A stretch of DNA of 64,000 nucleotides, taken from IMG/VR virus record IMGVR_UViG_3300032007_000027, one strand, 5' to 3'. This stretch comes from a virus. Its lineage: Duplodnaviria > Caudoviricetes. Positions 31,440-41,555 of the stretch are shown here, in pieces. A program made the position numbers and the translations under genes. The notes below the pieces were generated by a model, which saw only the letters and a list, made by a program, of their open reading frames with translations, did not search any database and had not been told where the DNA came from. Each line of letters opens with the position of its first letter. Within the stretch, counting starts at the first letter, position 1.

Positions 31440-32783
31440 CTATAGACACGTCATCAATTCAACCAGACATGCACTCATATTAAGGTATTTATCCCTTGCG
31501 AATGCAGATTGATATTGATATTTAGATAATACACAGATTGCTTGAGGAACATTCTTAAACATATCAATTCTTTTATAAAGATATTCAATCATAGATTCAG
31601 GATTTGAAAGACTGTTAACTTCCTGTAACATCTGCATATAATCTTTATTGCGTAAGGTATTCATTACGGATTCAAAGTTAGATGATTGTATTTTACCATC
31701 AAAAGACTTTTCCTGAATAAACTGCTGTAACATTTGAATCATACCACGGATTGACGGATATTGCGCTCTTATAATCTCAGCAAGGTTTCTATCGGTGTTT
31801 TCCGTAAGTGGAATGTTTTCAGATGTTAGAATGAACTTCATCTTTTTAAGGATTTCAGGAACAATCTCACGTTTATCAAAAGCGGCAAAGTCAAAATTCT
31901 GCAAACGGTTCAATAACGGTTCGATGATTTTAGTTTTATAGTTGCCGGTGAAAATGAATGAGCAGTTAGATGAAAATTCATCAAGAAAACCACGGAATGC
32001 GGCCTGTGCATCGGGTGTTATGTGATCACAGTTATGAGTTACAATACCGTTTCTGGTTAAAAAGGTATGATTCTTATCAACACAAAGATTTATAACATGT
32101 TTTTCTTCAAGTTTTATAATAGATTTAATCTTTATATGATCATAAAAGTCTAAATCATCTTTCCATCGGCAGATAACTTCATCATTTAATGATAAACCGT
32201 TATCAATACTTAATTCTTTAAATTTATTACCACCGATAACAATAAACGGATGATTTGAAGTAGCATGGATTTTTCTACCGTCAACGAGCGTTACTTCATA
32301 TACAGTGTCATACTTATCACTTATAATCTGACATGTATCATGTTCAAGTTTACCATTTTTTAAATTGAATGATAAACAGTCATATTTTGTCGCTTTTTCT
32401 AAATCTTTTAATGCTACATACTTTTCTTTGCCGTTTTCGAGTAAAATCACTTCTTCATTTTCCTCAAGGCATTCATCCATAACCACAATCTTAGGGTTGC
32501 CGGACAATGAACATGTACTTGCAAACTGAAATATTTTAGTTCTAAGAACTTCAATACCTTTTTCAAGTGATGCATTTAAGAACATGGCTTCTGCATTCAT
32601 ACTCTCTATAATAGCTTTTGCAGTACATGATTTACCTAATCCGGGGGTACATGACCAAAAGCCTAGATTCGGTAATTGCTGTTTTTGAATAGCATCAATT
32701 AAAAACTGTTTTGTTGATGATGGCAGTATAACATCTTCAATTGTTTTCGGTGTATACTTTTCAAACCAAACGCTAGATTCCAT
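31440..32783 (-). CDS. Sliding-clamp loader ATPase subunit (gp44-like) with intein
   Basis: W.EKY.P.T..D..LP, PGLGKS, NAS, DE|intein|CD, AQAAFRG. Confidence 0.95.
   Translation of the reverse strand: MESSVWFEKYTPKTIEDVILPSSTKQFLIDAIQKQQLPNLGFWSCTPGLGKSCTAKAIIESMNAEAMFLNASLEKGIEVLRTKIFQFASTCSLSGNPKIVVMDECLEENEEVILLENGKEKYVALKDLEKATKYDCLSFNLKNGKLEHDTCQIISDKYDTVYEVTLVDGRKIHATSNHPFIVIGGNKFKELSIDNGLSLNDEVICRWKDDLDFYDHIKIKSIIKLEEKHVINLCVDKNHTFLTRNGIVTHNCDHITPDAQAAFRGFLDEFSSNCSFIFTGNYKTKIIEPLLNRLQNFDFAAFDKREIVPEILKKMKFILTSENIPLTENTDRNLAEIIRAQYPSIRGMIQMLQQFIQEKSFDGKIQSSNFESVMNTLRNKDYMQMLQEVNSLSNPESMIEYLYKRIDMFKNVPQAICVLSKYQYQSAFARDKYLNMSACLVELMTCL
32031..32471 (-). other. Class 1 mini-intein (147 aa) in the clamp-loader Walker B
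   Basis: CLEENE... block B ATSNHPF ... GIVTHN|C; no endonuclease domain. Confidence 0.9.
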
Positions 32784-32839
32784 AAAAATTCCTTATCAAA
32801 AATTCACAAATTGAATTGTACTTGTTTTTTGAATAATTG

Positions 32840-33754
32840 TCAATCACTGGAATGTAAAATATGTCTACGAATAAAGATATCCTTATCACAGATTTCATTT
32901 TTACATTTTTCGATAACCTTTTTCGTTTCCTCTATAATATCAGATAAACCGCAATCATTGCAAAGTTCTTTAATGCTTTTATCAGCAATCTCAAAATCTT
33001 TAAAGAGTTTAATAACAATTGCAGTATCAAGGTATTTAACATAATCATAAGGTATTCCGGTAGGCTTAAAATCAGTACTGAAATCATAAGCATAGATTGA
33101 ACTCAAATCATTACATGTATAGTTTGCACATACTGTATTGTCTAAATACTGTATTTTATTCTTGAAATACCAGTTGATAAAATCTAATTCTGGATTTAAT
33201 AGATCATCTGGGCATGTTTCAAGGAACTGTTTAAATTCATGTCTATATATATGAAATCCCTTTGTAAATATAATACTTGAAGAAAGATATGTTTCAGCAC
33301 GTATAGATAGATATTTTCTAGCATAAAGTCTATAGTATTCTGAGCATTGTTCGCCTTGATAATCTCGAACTCCGGCAAGAACAATGCCGTTTTGAATCTT
33401 TTCAGATGTTTTATCGGATATTTTCAAGGTTTCAAATACAGGTTTTAAAGATTTTAAACAGAATAATGAATATGATATATAGCATATATAAGAATTTTTA
33501 AATTTTTTACTGAACTCAAAGAATTTGAAAATCATAAGATAACGATTGCAGTTTAGTTTATATTTTGAGGATTTCAAGTCTTTTAAATCTTTAATTATGA
33601 ATCTGGGATCATGTTCTAAAAAATCGATCTTATAATAAGAATAGATGTAAAACTTGAAATCATAAACATTGACTTTTGAAAACTGCAGTATCGAGAGTTT
33701 GAAAAAGTTAAAATCATCATCCGGCAATACCACACTAAAATATATTATATTCAT
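32840..33754 (-). CDS. Glycosyltransferase family 8-like protein (degenerate motifs)
   Basis: LAGVRD, Y..S.I, PE.D.IN..F.N.I..L....NY; the DxD motif is not conserved. Confidence 0.5.
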   Translation of the reverse strand: MNIIYFSVVLPDDDFNFFKLSILQFSKVNVYDFKFYIYSYYKIDFLEHDPRFIIKDLKDLKSSKYKLNCNRYLMIFKFFEFSKKFKNSYICYISYSLFCLKSLKPVFETLKISDKTSEKIQNGIVLAGVRDYQGEQCSEYYRLYARKYLSIRAETYLSSSIIFTKGFHIYRHEFKQFLETCPDDLLNPELDFINWYFKNKIQYLDNTVCANYTCNDLSSIYAYDFSTDFKPTGIPYDYVKYLDTAIVIKLFKDFEIADKSIKELCNDCGLSDIIEETKKVIEKCKNEICDKDIFIRRHILHSSD

Positions 33755-33779
33755 ATATTATTCCGTATTGTTAAAGAAC

Positions 33780-34070
33780 AAAAAAGGCTCTCTGCAAAGC
33801 AAAGAGCCTTAAACTAAAGGTATTATGTTAACGTTTCAATATTAACACATTATTTTAAAAAATCAAATACTTTTTATAAAAAAAAAATGGGATTCTAAAA
33901 GAATCCCCAAAAACTAAAAGACGAAAAATTGTACATTTCATATAGTATCAACTTTAAAACAGTATGTCAACAAAAAAGGTTCTTAAAAATTAAAAAATTT
34001 TTAAGAACCAAAGACATTTAAATATGAAAGAAAGTATTATATATTATATATAAAATTTTCTACTTTGCAA
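33780..34070 (-). ncRNA. Three tandem promoter-~55-65 nt-terminator units (candidate sRNAs)
   Basis: TTGACA-17-TACTAT (33970-33942) and two similar promoters, each followed by a hairpin plus poly-U, with no ORF. Confidence 0.55.
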
Positions 34071-34272
34071 GCAAAAATGCAATACATATTGAGCATAAAT
34101 CAACTACAGTCTGTTTATTGATATTTCCAGTCAATAATGATTTACCTTTCATTACTCCGTTTGATAAAAGTTTCTGTTTTGAATGTTTTTCATTCATTAA
34201 CTCAATACAGTTTCCTCTTATATGATTTATAATATTATCCATATCATATATAGAATTTTCTAAATCATTCAT
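34060..34272 (-). CDS. Hypothetical protein
   Basis: Coupled to the upstream ORF with GGAG RBS. Confidence 0.55.
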   Translation of the reverse strand: MNDLENSIYDMDNIINHIRGNCIELMNEKHSKQKLLSNGVMKGKSLLTGNINKQTVVDLCSICIAFLLAK

Positions 34273-34900
34273 GTGCTTCTCCTAATTTAGATAAATCAAT
34301 ATCCGGTTCAATCACAGTCTGTTCATTTTTAACAAGCGGTTGAACACGGTCGTTCAGATCTGCATATCTGCATAATGCTTTCAATTTTGAAATTCTTGAA
34401 TCTGTTATAGTAGATGTATATACATTTGCTCTATGCCATTCATTCATTGAGATCATTGATGGATTGAAAGTAGGACATTGAGTAGTACTGAACCATTGAT
34501 ACAGCACACATACCGGCTTTTCAGAATCAACTCTAGGTCTTTTAATTCCTTCAACTACATAAATGAATACTTTATTATCCGAGTTTGGAAATTCATGATT
34601 CCAGCAATCAGTTACTTGAACAAACTGAGGGTCGGGAATTTCAACACTTGCATCATTTGCAGATTTAACAAGTTTCCATTCTTTGCCGTTTGAATCATGA
34701 AATGATGATAGCATTTCAAAATCTTTTAACTGCCTTAAACCAAGTCCAGATACATTTTTCTTTTCCTGAGGTGCAGCAACAGGATTCTTTTGAATATCGT
34801 TTGATGCCATAGGTGCAGGAATTTGATTGTTCATACCGGTACTAAGATTTTGTGAAATGCCGTATGCATAAGGATTATAATATGGATTTGTATTTATCAT
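34265..34900 (-). CDS. Hypothetical protein
   Basis: AAGGA RBS. Confidence 0.7.
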   Translation of the reverse strand: MINTNPYYNPYAYGISQNLSTGMNNQIPAPMASNDIQKNPVAAPQEKKNVSGLGLRQLKDFEMLSSFHDSNGKEWKLVKSANDASVEIPDPQFVQVTDCWNHEFPNSDNKVFIYVVEGIKRPRVDSEKPVCVLYQWFSTTQCPTFNPSMISMNEWHRANVYTSTITDSRISKLKALCRYADLNDRVQPLVKNEQTVIEPDIDLSKLGEAHE

Positions 34901-34945
34901 TTTTTAAAATTCCTTAAAAAATTAAAAACTTAAAAACTTAAAAAC

Positions 34946-35278
34946 TTAAACTTTCTGTGTCATTTCATGTATTTTGTAAAACATACATTTACATGCGCAT
35001 GCAAGGTGACATAGATTCATTTTACATTCATTGTATTTTTTATTCTGCAGATCTGTATTAACTTCGATAAACTCCATATTTAAAATTCTAAACCATTCAG
35101 ATAATGAATCCCCATAACTTTTCCAAGTTTCCGGCTTATGTTCGCAAACATCGTTAAGGCATTTAATGAAATCATCTGTTTCATGTTCATGTTCCGGTGA
35201 TATAATCAAACCCTCATTTAAAATGAGTTCTTTGTTGTTGCTTTTTGATTCAGGTACTTTAAATGTATAGATAACCAT
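34946..35278 (-). CDS. Hypothetical protein
   Basis: AGGAG RBS. Confidence 0.7.
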   Translation of the reverse strand: MVIYTFKVPESKSNNKELILNEGLIISPEHEHETDDFIKCLNDVCEHKPETWKSYGDSLSEWFRILNMEFIEVNTDLQNKKYNECKMNLCHLACACKCMFYKIHEMTQKV

Positions 35279-35341
35279 TTTAATCTCCTATTGAAAAGAT
35301 GACCCTTTCGAGCCATCTAAAATCCATATTATAATTCTGTA

Positions 35342-36274
35342 TTAACCGGCTGCAGCGGTTGTTTTAAGCTGTTCAATCAAGTATGCAGTCTGTGCATTCT
35401 GTGAGTTCTGGAAACCGATTTGTGCAGTTAAGGCGGCATTCTGTGCCTTTGCATCTGCGAGAGCCATGGTAATAGCTTCAGTTTGGATCTGACGCTGTAA
35501 TTCACGGTTCTTGCAACCTTCCTGTTCAATCTGTCTTGACAGTTCACAGCACTGATTCTGCATCTGTGCGGCAAGTCTTTGTGTATTTAACTGATTTTCA
35601 TAACCCTGTGTGGTTATAGAATTATTCAATACTCCTACACCGCTATTAATTGCATTTGTGGTAACACAGAAACCTTGCTGAACGGTATTACCAACATCTT
35701 TAATGCTGTTCTGCAAGCCGAAAGTATTCTGCATATTATTGATATTGGCTGCATTGATGGATTCAGCAAGCTTGCCGGTGGAATTGCAGATTGAACTCTG
35801 AATACCAAACGTATTCTGCATCTCATTAACACTTGCAGCATTTACTGCATCGGTAATTCTTGCACCGGTTGCCCCGATTGCAGACTGCAGTCCGAAACTG
35901 TTTTGAAGATTTGAGATGTTTGCACCGTTGATTGCATTGATAGTATTTGAATCGTTTTCATGAATTGCATTGGTAATTGCATCACCTGTTGAATTGATCA
36001 GATTGCCCATGAACATATTCTGATTTGAGGCATTCTGCAATACACTCATATTCGTTGCGGTTACAGCATCATTTAAATGACTGATATCATTATCAATGCC
36101 TTGTAACACACCGGTATCATATCCTATACCGCTTGGATAGTTTCGGTTATTTCCCCATCCCCAGTTGCCGTTCCACATGTTTCCGATAATCAGACCCCCA
36201 AGAAAGCCAGCACCTAAACCTAAACCGGGAACCCCATTATCATCAATTATTGTTCTTGAAATATCATCAGACAT
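35342..36274 (-). CDS. Conserved phage protein with Gly-rich N-terminal helix and AIN.ANI...QN.FGLQ repeats
   Basis: Typical QGYE.QL....LA.Q...QCCE....I..EGC..R C-terminus. Confidence 0.7.
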   Translation of the reverse strand: MSDDISRTIIDDNGVPGLGLGAGFLGGLIIGNMWNGNWGWGNNRNYPSGIGYDTGVLQGIDNDISHLNDAVTATNMSVLQNASNQNMFMGNLINSTGDAITNAIHENDSNTINAINGANISNLQNSFGLQSAIGATGARITDAVNAASVNEMQNTFGIQSSICNSTGKLAESINAANINNMQNTFGLQNSIKDVGNTVQQGFCVTTNAINSGVGVLNNSITTQGYENQLNTQRLAAQMQNQCCELSRQIEQEGCKNRELQRQIQTEAITMALADAKAQNAALTAQIGFQNSQNAQTAYLIEQLKTTAAAG

Positions 36275-36530
36275 TTTTTAATCTCCTAGTTTTTAAAATA
36301 AAAATGAATTGCTAAAACTCTGTTTTTAGCTGTTTGTAATTATTGAAAAAACATGGATTTTAAAGGGTGAAATGTATGATGTAGATCACACAATTTAAGG
36401 TGTTTTTGCCAAAATTAAAATTCTTTGAGCCGCATCATGGATTTTTCATTATTTTTGATGTATAAATATAAATATAATAAAGTGAACACTCCCCAAGGTG
36501 GGGTGTGATAAGTTAAAAGGAAATTTTAAA

Positions 36531-37193
36531 ATGCTTAGAAGAACCCCAAGATTTTTAAGAGAATCAAAACGTACAGCACAGCCTAAAAATGCAAGAGGAT
36601 TGAGAAGAATCATTTTAAATACTATTAAAAAAGAAGGTCCAGAATGTGATTTAAACTTCATTGATACATCTCTTGTTACGGATATGAGTTATCTCTTTTA
36701 TGATATAGATGATTTTAATTGTGATATTAGCGAATGGGATGTTTCAAATGTTAAAGATATGAATCATATGTTTGACAATGCAGATTCATTTAATGGTGAT
36801 ATCAGCAAGTGGGATGTTTCAAACGTTAGAGATATGAGTTACATGTTTTATGGTGCAAAATCTTTCAATCAACCTTTAAATGATTGGGATGTTTCAAACG
36901 TTAGAGATATGAGTTATATGTTTGACGGTGCAAAATCTTTCAATCAACCTTTAAATGATTGGGATGTTTCAAACGTTAGAGATATGAGTTATATGTTTTG
37001 TGATGCACGTTCATTTAATCAACCTTTAAATGATTGGGATGTTTCAAATACTATAGAGAAAAATAGTACAATACATATGATTAATATGTTCCTCGGTGCA
37101 AAATCTTTCAAGCAGTCGTTAGATGACTGGGCAATTTATAAAGAAGTTGAAGGTGCATCCACATGGAGCATAGATAGAATTCTTTCATTATAG
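36531..37193 (+). CDS. DUF285/BspA-like repeat protein with Arg-rich leader
   Basis: WDVSNV.DMSYMF..A.SFNQPL 25-aa repeats; start MLRRTPRFLRES. Confidence 0.9.
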   Translation: MLRRTPRFLRESKRTAQPKNARGLRRIILNTIKKEGPECDLNFIDTSLVTDMSYLFYDIDDFNCDISEWDVSNVKDMNHMFDNADSFNGDISKWDVSNVRDMSYMFYGAKSFNQPLNDWDVSNVRDMSYMFDGAKSFNQPLNDWDVSNVRDMSYMFCDARSFNQPLNDWDVSNTIEKNSTIHMINMFLGAKSFKQSLDDWAIYKEVEGASTWSIDRILSL

Positions 37194-37198
37194 TATTA

Positions 37199-37500
37199 GT
37201 AACTGTCTATAAATAACTTGTTCATAACAAGTAAATTATAGCTTTTGCATAGTCTAAGTGATTTCATTGAAAGATGAATGAACTACGTTATGAGAGAATG
37301 ATTTTATGAAAATAAAATTAAATAGTTACCTTCGGATGTTCATCTAGTCTGAAGCTCTAAGGTGTATGATTAAACAGTCGGTATTGCTGACAGTGTTGTA
37401 CACAACAAACCTCTCAATAACTTTGACGAAGGTGTTTTAACCAGTTTTGTAGTATCTGAATGTGTGCCAATTTAAAAACTACAACCCTTTTAATAAGGAA
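37199..37500 (+). ncRNA. IscB omegaRNA (HEARO-like)
   Basis: TAGTCTAAG..CTACGTT..ACCTTCGGATG..CTAGTCTGAAGCTCT..TTAAACAG..AACTTTGACGAAGG motifs upstream of iscB. Confidence 0.85.
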
Positions 37501-37506
37501 ATTTTA

Positions 37507-38751
37507 ATGGATTATATTGTATATGTAATAAGTAAAGATGGTAAACCACTTATGCCGATTACTCGGCGTGGTAAGGTAAGACATTTATTGCGTGATAAAG
37601 CCGCAAAAATCGTTAATTATCGACCTTTTACTATTCAATTAACAACGGAGACACGACATGAAGTAGATGAGGTTACTTTAGGTATTGATACTGGATATAT
37701 GCATGTTGGATTATCAGCTACAACAAAAAATCATGTTCTTTATGAAAGTAAAAATGAATTAAGGAATGATTTAGTTCAAAACATAAAAGCTAAAAAACGT
37801 GCTAGAGTGTTTAGACGTTCAAGAAAATTAAGATATAGAAAACCTAGATTCTTAAATCGTAAACGTCATAAAGGATGGTTGCCGCCATCAATTAAAAGTC
37901 GTTTAGATTGCCATTTGAATTTGGTTGCAAAAGTACACAAGATTTTGCCGATTAGCAAAGTTGTTGTAGAAGTTGCAAAATTTGATATTCAGAAAATAAA
38001 AAATCCTGATATAAAAGGTGTTGAATATCAACAAGGGGAACAATTAGGTTTCTGGAATGTACGTGAATACGTTTTAGATAGAGATAATCATACATGTCAA
38101 TGCTGTAAAGGAAAATCGGGAAGTGATATATTAGAAACTCATCATATAACCCCAAGGAAAAATGGTGGTTCTAATGCACCTAGCAATTTAGTTACTTTAT
38201 GTAAACCATGTCATGACGATCTTCATGCACATAATAAAACTTTAAATATTGAAATAGATAATACATCATATAAAGCTGAAACTTTTATGAGTATTTTAAG
38301 AAAGTATCTAGTTATAGGACTTAGAGAAAAGTATGATAATGTAAAATGCACTTATGGTTTTATAACTAAATATACAAGGATTAAAAATCACTTAGAGAAA
38401 GATCATAATATCGATGCTAGATGTATTTCGGGGAATCCATTGGCAAAGCCAAATGGCGAAGTTTATATAGTTAAAAAAGTAAGATGTCATAACAGACAGT
38501 TACATAAGTTTAAAACATCAAAAGGTGGAAAAAGAAAGGTTAATCAATCACCTTATATAGTACATGGGTATAGACTGTTTGACACTGTTATTTTTAATGG
38601 TAAAATATGTTTTGTTTATAGTAGAAGAACAAGTGGTTCTTTCCTTATTAAAGATATTGATGGTAATACAATTTCCGAAAATATTACTTATAAAAAGTTA
38701 AAACTCGTTGAAAAACGAAAAGGGTGGATTTTTGATGTCAAAAAATCTTAA
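37507..38751 (+). CDS. iscB: IscB RNA-guided endonuclease
   Basis: PLMP, RuvC-I GIDTG, bridge helix, RuvC-II VVEVAKFD, HNH, RuvC-III DHNIDA all intact. Confidence 0.95.
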   Translation: MDYIVYVISKDGKPLMPITRRGKVRHLLRDKAAKIVNYRPFTIQLTTETRHEVDEVTLGIDTGYMHVGLSATTKNHVLYESKNELRNDLVQNIKAKKRARVFRRSRKLRYRKPRFLNRKRHKGWLPPSIKSRLDCHLNLVAKVHKILPISKVVVEVAKFDIQKIKNPDIKGVEYQQGEQLGFWNVREYVLDRDNHTCQCCKGKSGSDILETHHITPRKNGGSNAPSNLVTLCKPCHDDLHAHNKTLNIEIDNTSYKAETFMSILRKYLVIGLREKYDNVKCTYGFITKYTRIKNHLEKDHNIDARCISGNPLAKPNGEVYIVKKVRCHNRQLHKFKTSKGGKRKVNQSPYIVHGYRLFDTVIFNGKICFVYSRRTSGSFLIKDIDGNTISENITYKKLKLVEKRKGWIFDVKKS

Positions 38752-38943
38752 GTTATGAACAAGTTATTTATAGACTATTCCTTATGTTCATAAAGATTAA
38801 ATTTTAACAAATATTTTAACTCAATTTCAAAATCTGTGTTCTTGAACACAGATTTTTCATTATTTTTGATGTATAAATATAAATACAATAAAGTGAACAC
38901 TTCCCCAAGGTGGGGTGTGATAGATTAAAAGGAAAAATTTAAA

Positions 38944-39492
38944 ATGCTCAGAAGAAGAACCCCAAGATCCTTAAGAGAACGTATGAACGAAAGCAGATTT
39001 GATAATTACAGAAACCGCAGACGCATCTATGAGTCATCTGAGGTTGATGATTTCATTGAAGATATTGAAAAATCATACAAAAAGTATTTCCCTAAATCAT
39101 TAATAAATATACGCAAAACAGACATTCTTGGTAGTAAAGATATAACTGTTGCTTGCTATCTTGCAAAAGATGAATCAGAAGTTCCGCATAGGATTCTTGA
39201 TAATGATACATTCCATATAAAGTTTTGCATTGAAAATTTAAAAAATTTTAATGATTTACCAGATGTTATGATGTTAGAATGGTATCATAAGTCAATTATG
39301 TTAAAGCCATCTGATGATTTCTATTATTGTGATTTTAAACAGTTGCCGTTCAGAAAAACTAAAGGTGATGCAGTTAAGATTCTCAAAACTCTCGATAGAT
39401 ATTTCAAGTTGTTGAAAGATACTTTAATCAAAGAACTTGAAAACGATAATATACATGATGATCGTATTGATATAGTAAAATCAAAAATCTAA
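38944..39492 (+). CDS. Putative internal protein
   Basis: MLRRRTPRSLRERMNES...IYES leader; late promoter. Confidence 0.65.
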   Translation: MLRRRTPRSLRERMNESRFDNYRNRRRIYESSEVDDFIEDIEKSYKKYFPKSLINIRKTDILGSKDITVACYLAKDESEVPHRILDNDTFHIKFCIENLKNFNDLPDVMMLEWYHKSIMLKPSDDFYYCDFKQLPFRKTKGDAVKILKTLDRYFKLLKDTLIKELENDNIHDDRIDIVKSKI

Positions 39493-39612
39493 AATATTTT
39501 TAACTCAATTTCAAAATCTGTGTTCTAGGACACGGATTTTTTATTATTTTTGATGTATAAATATAAATAATAAAAACATTCATCGCTATTGATTAATTAA
39601 AAGGAAAAATTT

Positions 39613-40197
39613 ATGTTACGTAAAAGAAACCCTCGCAGAATTTGCGAATCTGAAAAGTTGTACTACTGTGTGAATAGATACGAAACCCGCAATCGTATTA
39701 AAGAATATGATCTGCTTGATGCTATTGAAAAACACAAAGCATGTGATAACGGTTCAAGCAGTGTAACTGTTGAAGAAGGCAACGTTAAAAGTTTAAATAG
39801 ACTTATCAATGGTTTCAAAAAGCAGTATTCGTCTGAATATGAAAAAGGCACTTTGTACGAGTATGAACTTGATATTTTCACTCTTGATGAAAATGACGAA
39901 CCCGATGAGTGCATTGAAACATATCTTTCAGATTTCAAAGTTGAAAATCTTCCTGATTCTTGCATCGTTGAATTGATGCTCCGTGACAGAAAGATTTCAA
40001 ATGTTTATGACAGATATGATTTAGAAACCGATTTAAACATCGAATATCCAGACGGACTTCCTCAGAAAATTGAGGATGAGTTCGATGATAATCCTGATGC
40101 TGAATACTTCTACTATGATGGACGCAGAATTCAGGCAATCGATGATGTTTATGATTATTATGTTAACTTTGCCGGAAGTCCGGTTATTAAACTGTAA
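39613..40197 (+). CDS. Putative internal protein
   Basis: MLRKRNPRRICES leader; late promoter. Confidence 0.65.
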   Translation: MLRKRNPRRICESEKLYYCVNRYETRNRIKEYDLLDAIEKHKACDNGSSSVTVEEGNVKSLNRLINGFKKQYSSEYEKGTLYEYELDIFTLDENDEPDECIETYLSDFKVENLPDSCIVELMLRDRKISNVYDRYDLETDLNIEYPDGLPQKIEDEFDDNPDAEYFYYDGRRIQAIDDVYDYYVNFAGSPVIKL

Positions 40198-40299
40198 ACA
40201 AATTTTTAATTTGAATTAAAAAATCTGTGACGTATGCCACAGATTTTAATATTATAGTAATATATAATAAAAGCATTAAACAACATTGAAGGAACAATC

Positions 40300-40929
40300 A
40301 TGTATAGACGGATTTATGAAAGCAACACCATAGCAGAATATTTGAAAGATCATGGGTACAATAGAACAAAAGTAACCGTTCGCAAAAAAGGCGATGCTTA
40401 TTATTGCACCATTAAAGATATCAATATTGAAGAAAAAACAATTATTGATTTAGTGAAACGTTTTGAAAAAATTCACTATGATGAATATTCCGGTGAAATT
40501 TTAAGCGGTGGCAATACATATGTATTCGTTGATTATGATGATAAACTCATTGACAAAATATATGACAAATATGGTGATAAGGCTCTTAAAGCTATCAAAT
40601 CAGCATTAAAGAACTTAGGACATTATGTTTCAGTTGGTGATGGTTTAGAGATTGCATATCCTATAGATCCAAAGCTTGAAAGACTTGATGCAGATGATGT
40701 ACATTTAGGAACTGTATATGGTCGTGGCACTTTAGCCAATAATTATTTGATGAAATATAAAGGCAAAGAAAAAGACCTAAATTCCGGTCTAAATGATGAA
40801 TTGCCTATTTTAATGGCTAAACTCGGTATCAGTGAAAAGAGATTTTCAAGGGAATCAACGAGTTTAACTGAAAGCCGTTCACGCAGATTGTGTCGTAATC
40901 CACGTATTTCAAGAAGAATTGATAGATAA
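40300..40929 (+). CDS. Putative internal protein with shared Arg-rich C-terminal tag
   Basis: MYRRIYES leader; C-terminus nearly identical to that of 7369..8019. Confidence 0.65.
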   Translation: MYRRIYESNTIAEYLKDHGYNRTKVTVRKKGDAYYCTIKDINIEEKTIIDLVKRFEKIHYDEYSGEILSGGNTYVFVDYDDKLIDKIYDKYGDKALKAIKSALKNLGHYVSVGDGLEIAYPIDPKLERLDADDVHLGTVYGRGTLANNYLMKYKGKEKDLNSGLNDELPILMAKLGISEKRFSRESTSLTESRSRRLCRNPRISRRIDR

Positions 40930-41171
40930 TTTATCATTTTAAAGCATGATATTGTCCTCAAATCTGTGTTGAAAAACACAGATTTTTATTTTCTATTAAA
41001 AATCCATGTTAAAAATTATTTTTATATATTATATATATAATATATTAATAAAAATAATAAAAATCATTCTTAAATCATCATTTTTGGCTAAAAACCGGAA
41101 TTTTAATGTGTTTTTAATGCTAGAAAGGCATTTAATATATCAAAATTGAGTGAAAATACGGATTTTTAATG
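40832..41171 (+). repeat. Inverted copy of 7117-7466
   Basis: Direct sequence comparison. Confidence 0.9.
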
Positions 41172-41299
41172 TGTTTTTAATGCAGATATCAATGAGAGTA
41201 GTTCAACTATGACTGAACTTCTTAAAAATGCCATTGAGTCATTCAATTTCACAAATTTAGATAAAATCTGTGACGTATGCCACAGATTTTATTTTTCAA

Positions 41300-41555
41300 T
41301 TATTTAGAAGTCTGTTCCAAGGCTTTCAAACGTTCTTCAAGTTTGTTTAAACTTTCAGTGTATTGCTGCATTTGCTGTTTGAGCCGTGCGTTTTCTCTGC
41401 GGAGATATGCACATTCAATCGCATAAACTTCTGTGTATCTTAGGCTGTAATGTTCAGATGCATCTCTTATGACTTTTGTTTCTTTAGTTGTTGTTCCATC
41501 ATCTTGAGTTACTTCGACTTCTTCTGTCCTTTCAGGGTATTCTTTATAAAGAAAA
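41300..41555 (-). pseudogene. Startless C-terminal remnant of a tail spike/fibre intramolecular chaperone (S74-like)
   Basis: Translates EYPERTEEV...HYSLRYTEVYAIECAYLRRENARLK...LEERLKALE*; cut at a 17-bp inverted repeat. Confidence 0.7.

Larger units (their letters stand above)
37199..38781 (+). mobile_element. TIR-bounded IscB cassette (no transposase)
   Basis: 30-bp TIRs (27/30 match), TTA on both flanks; the iscB stop abuts the right TIR. Confidence 0.85.

Noticed and set aside
36482-36508. GTGAACACTCCCCAAGGTGGGGTGT (also ~38893) as IS200/605 ends
   Set aside because: Only superficially similar; both sit between a late promoter and RBS in duplicated leaders and fit 5' UTR hairpins better.
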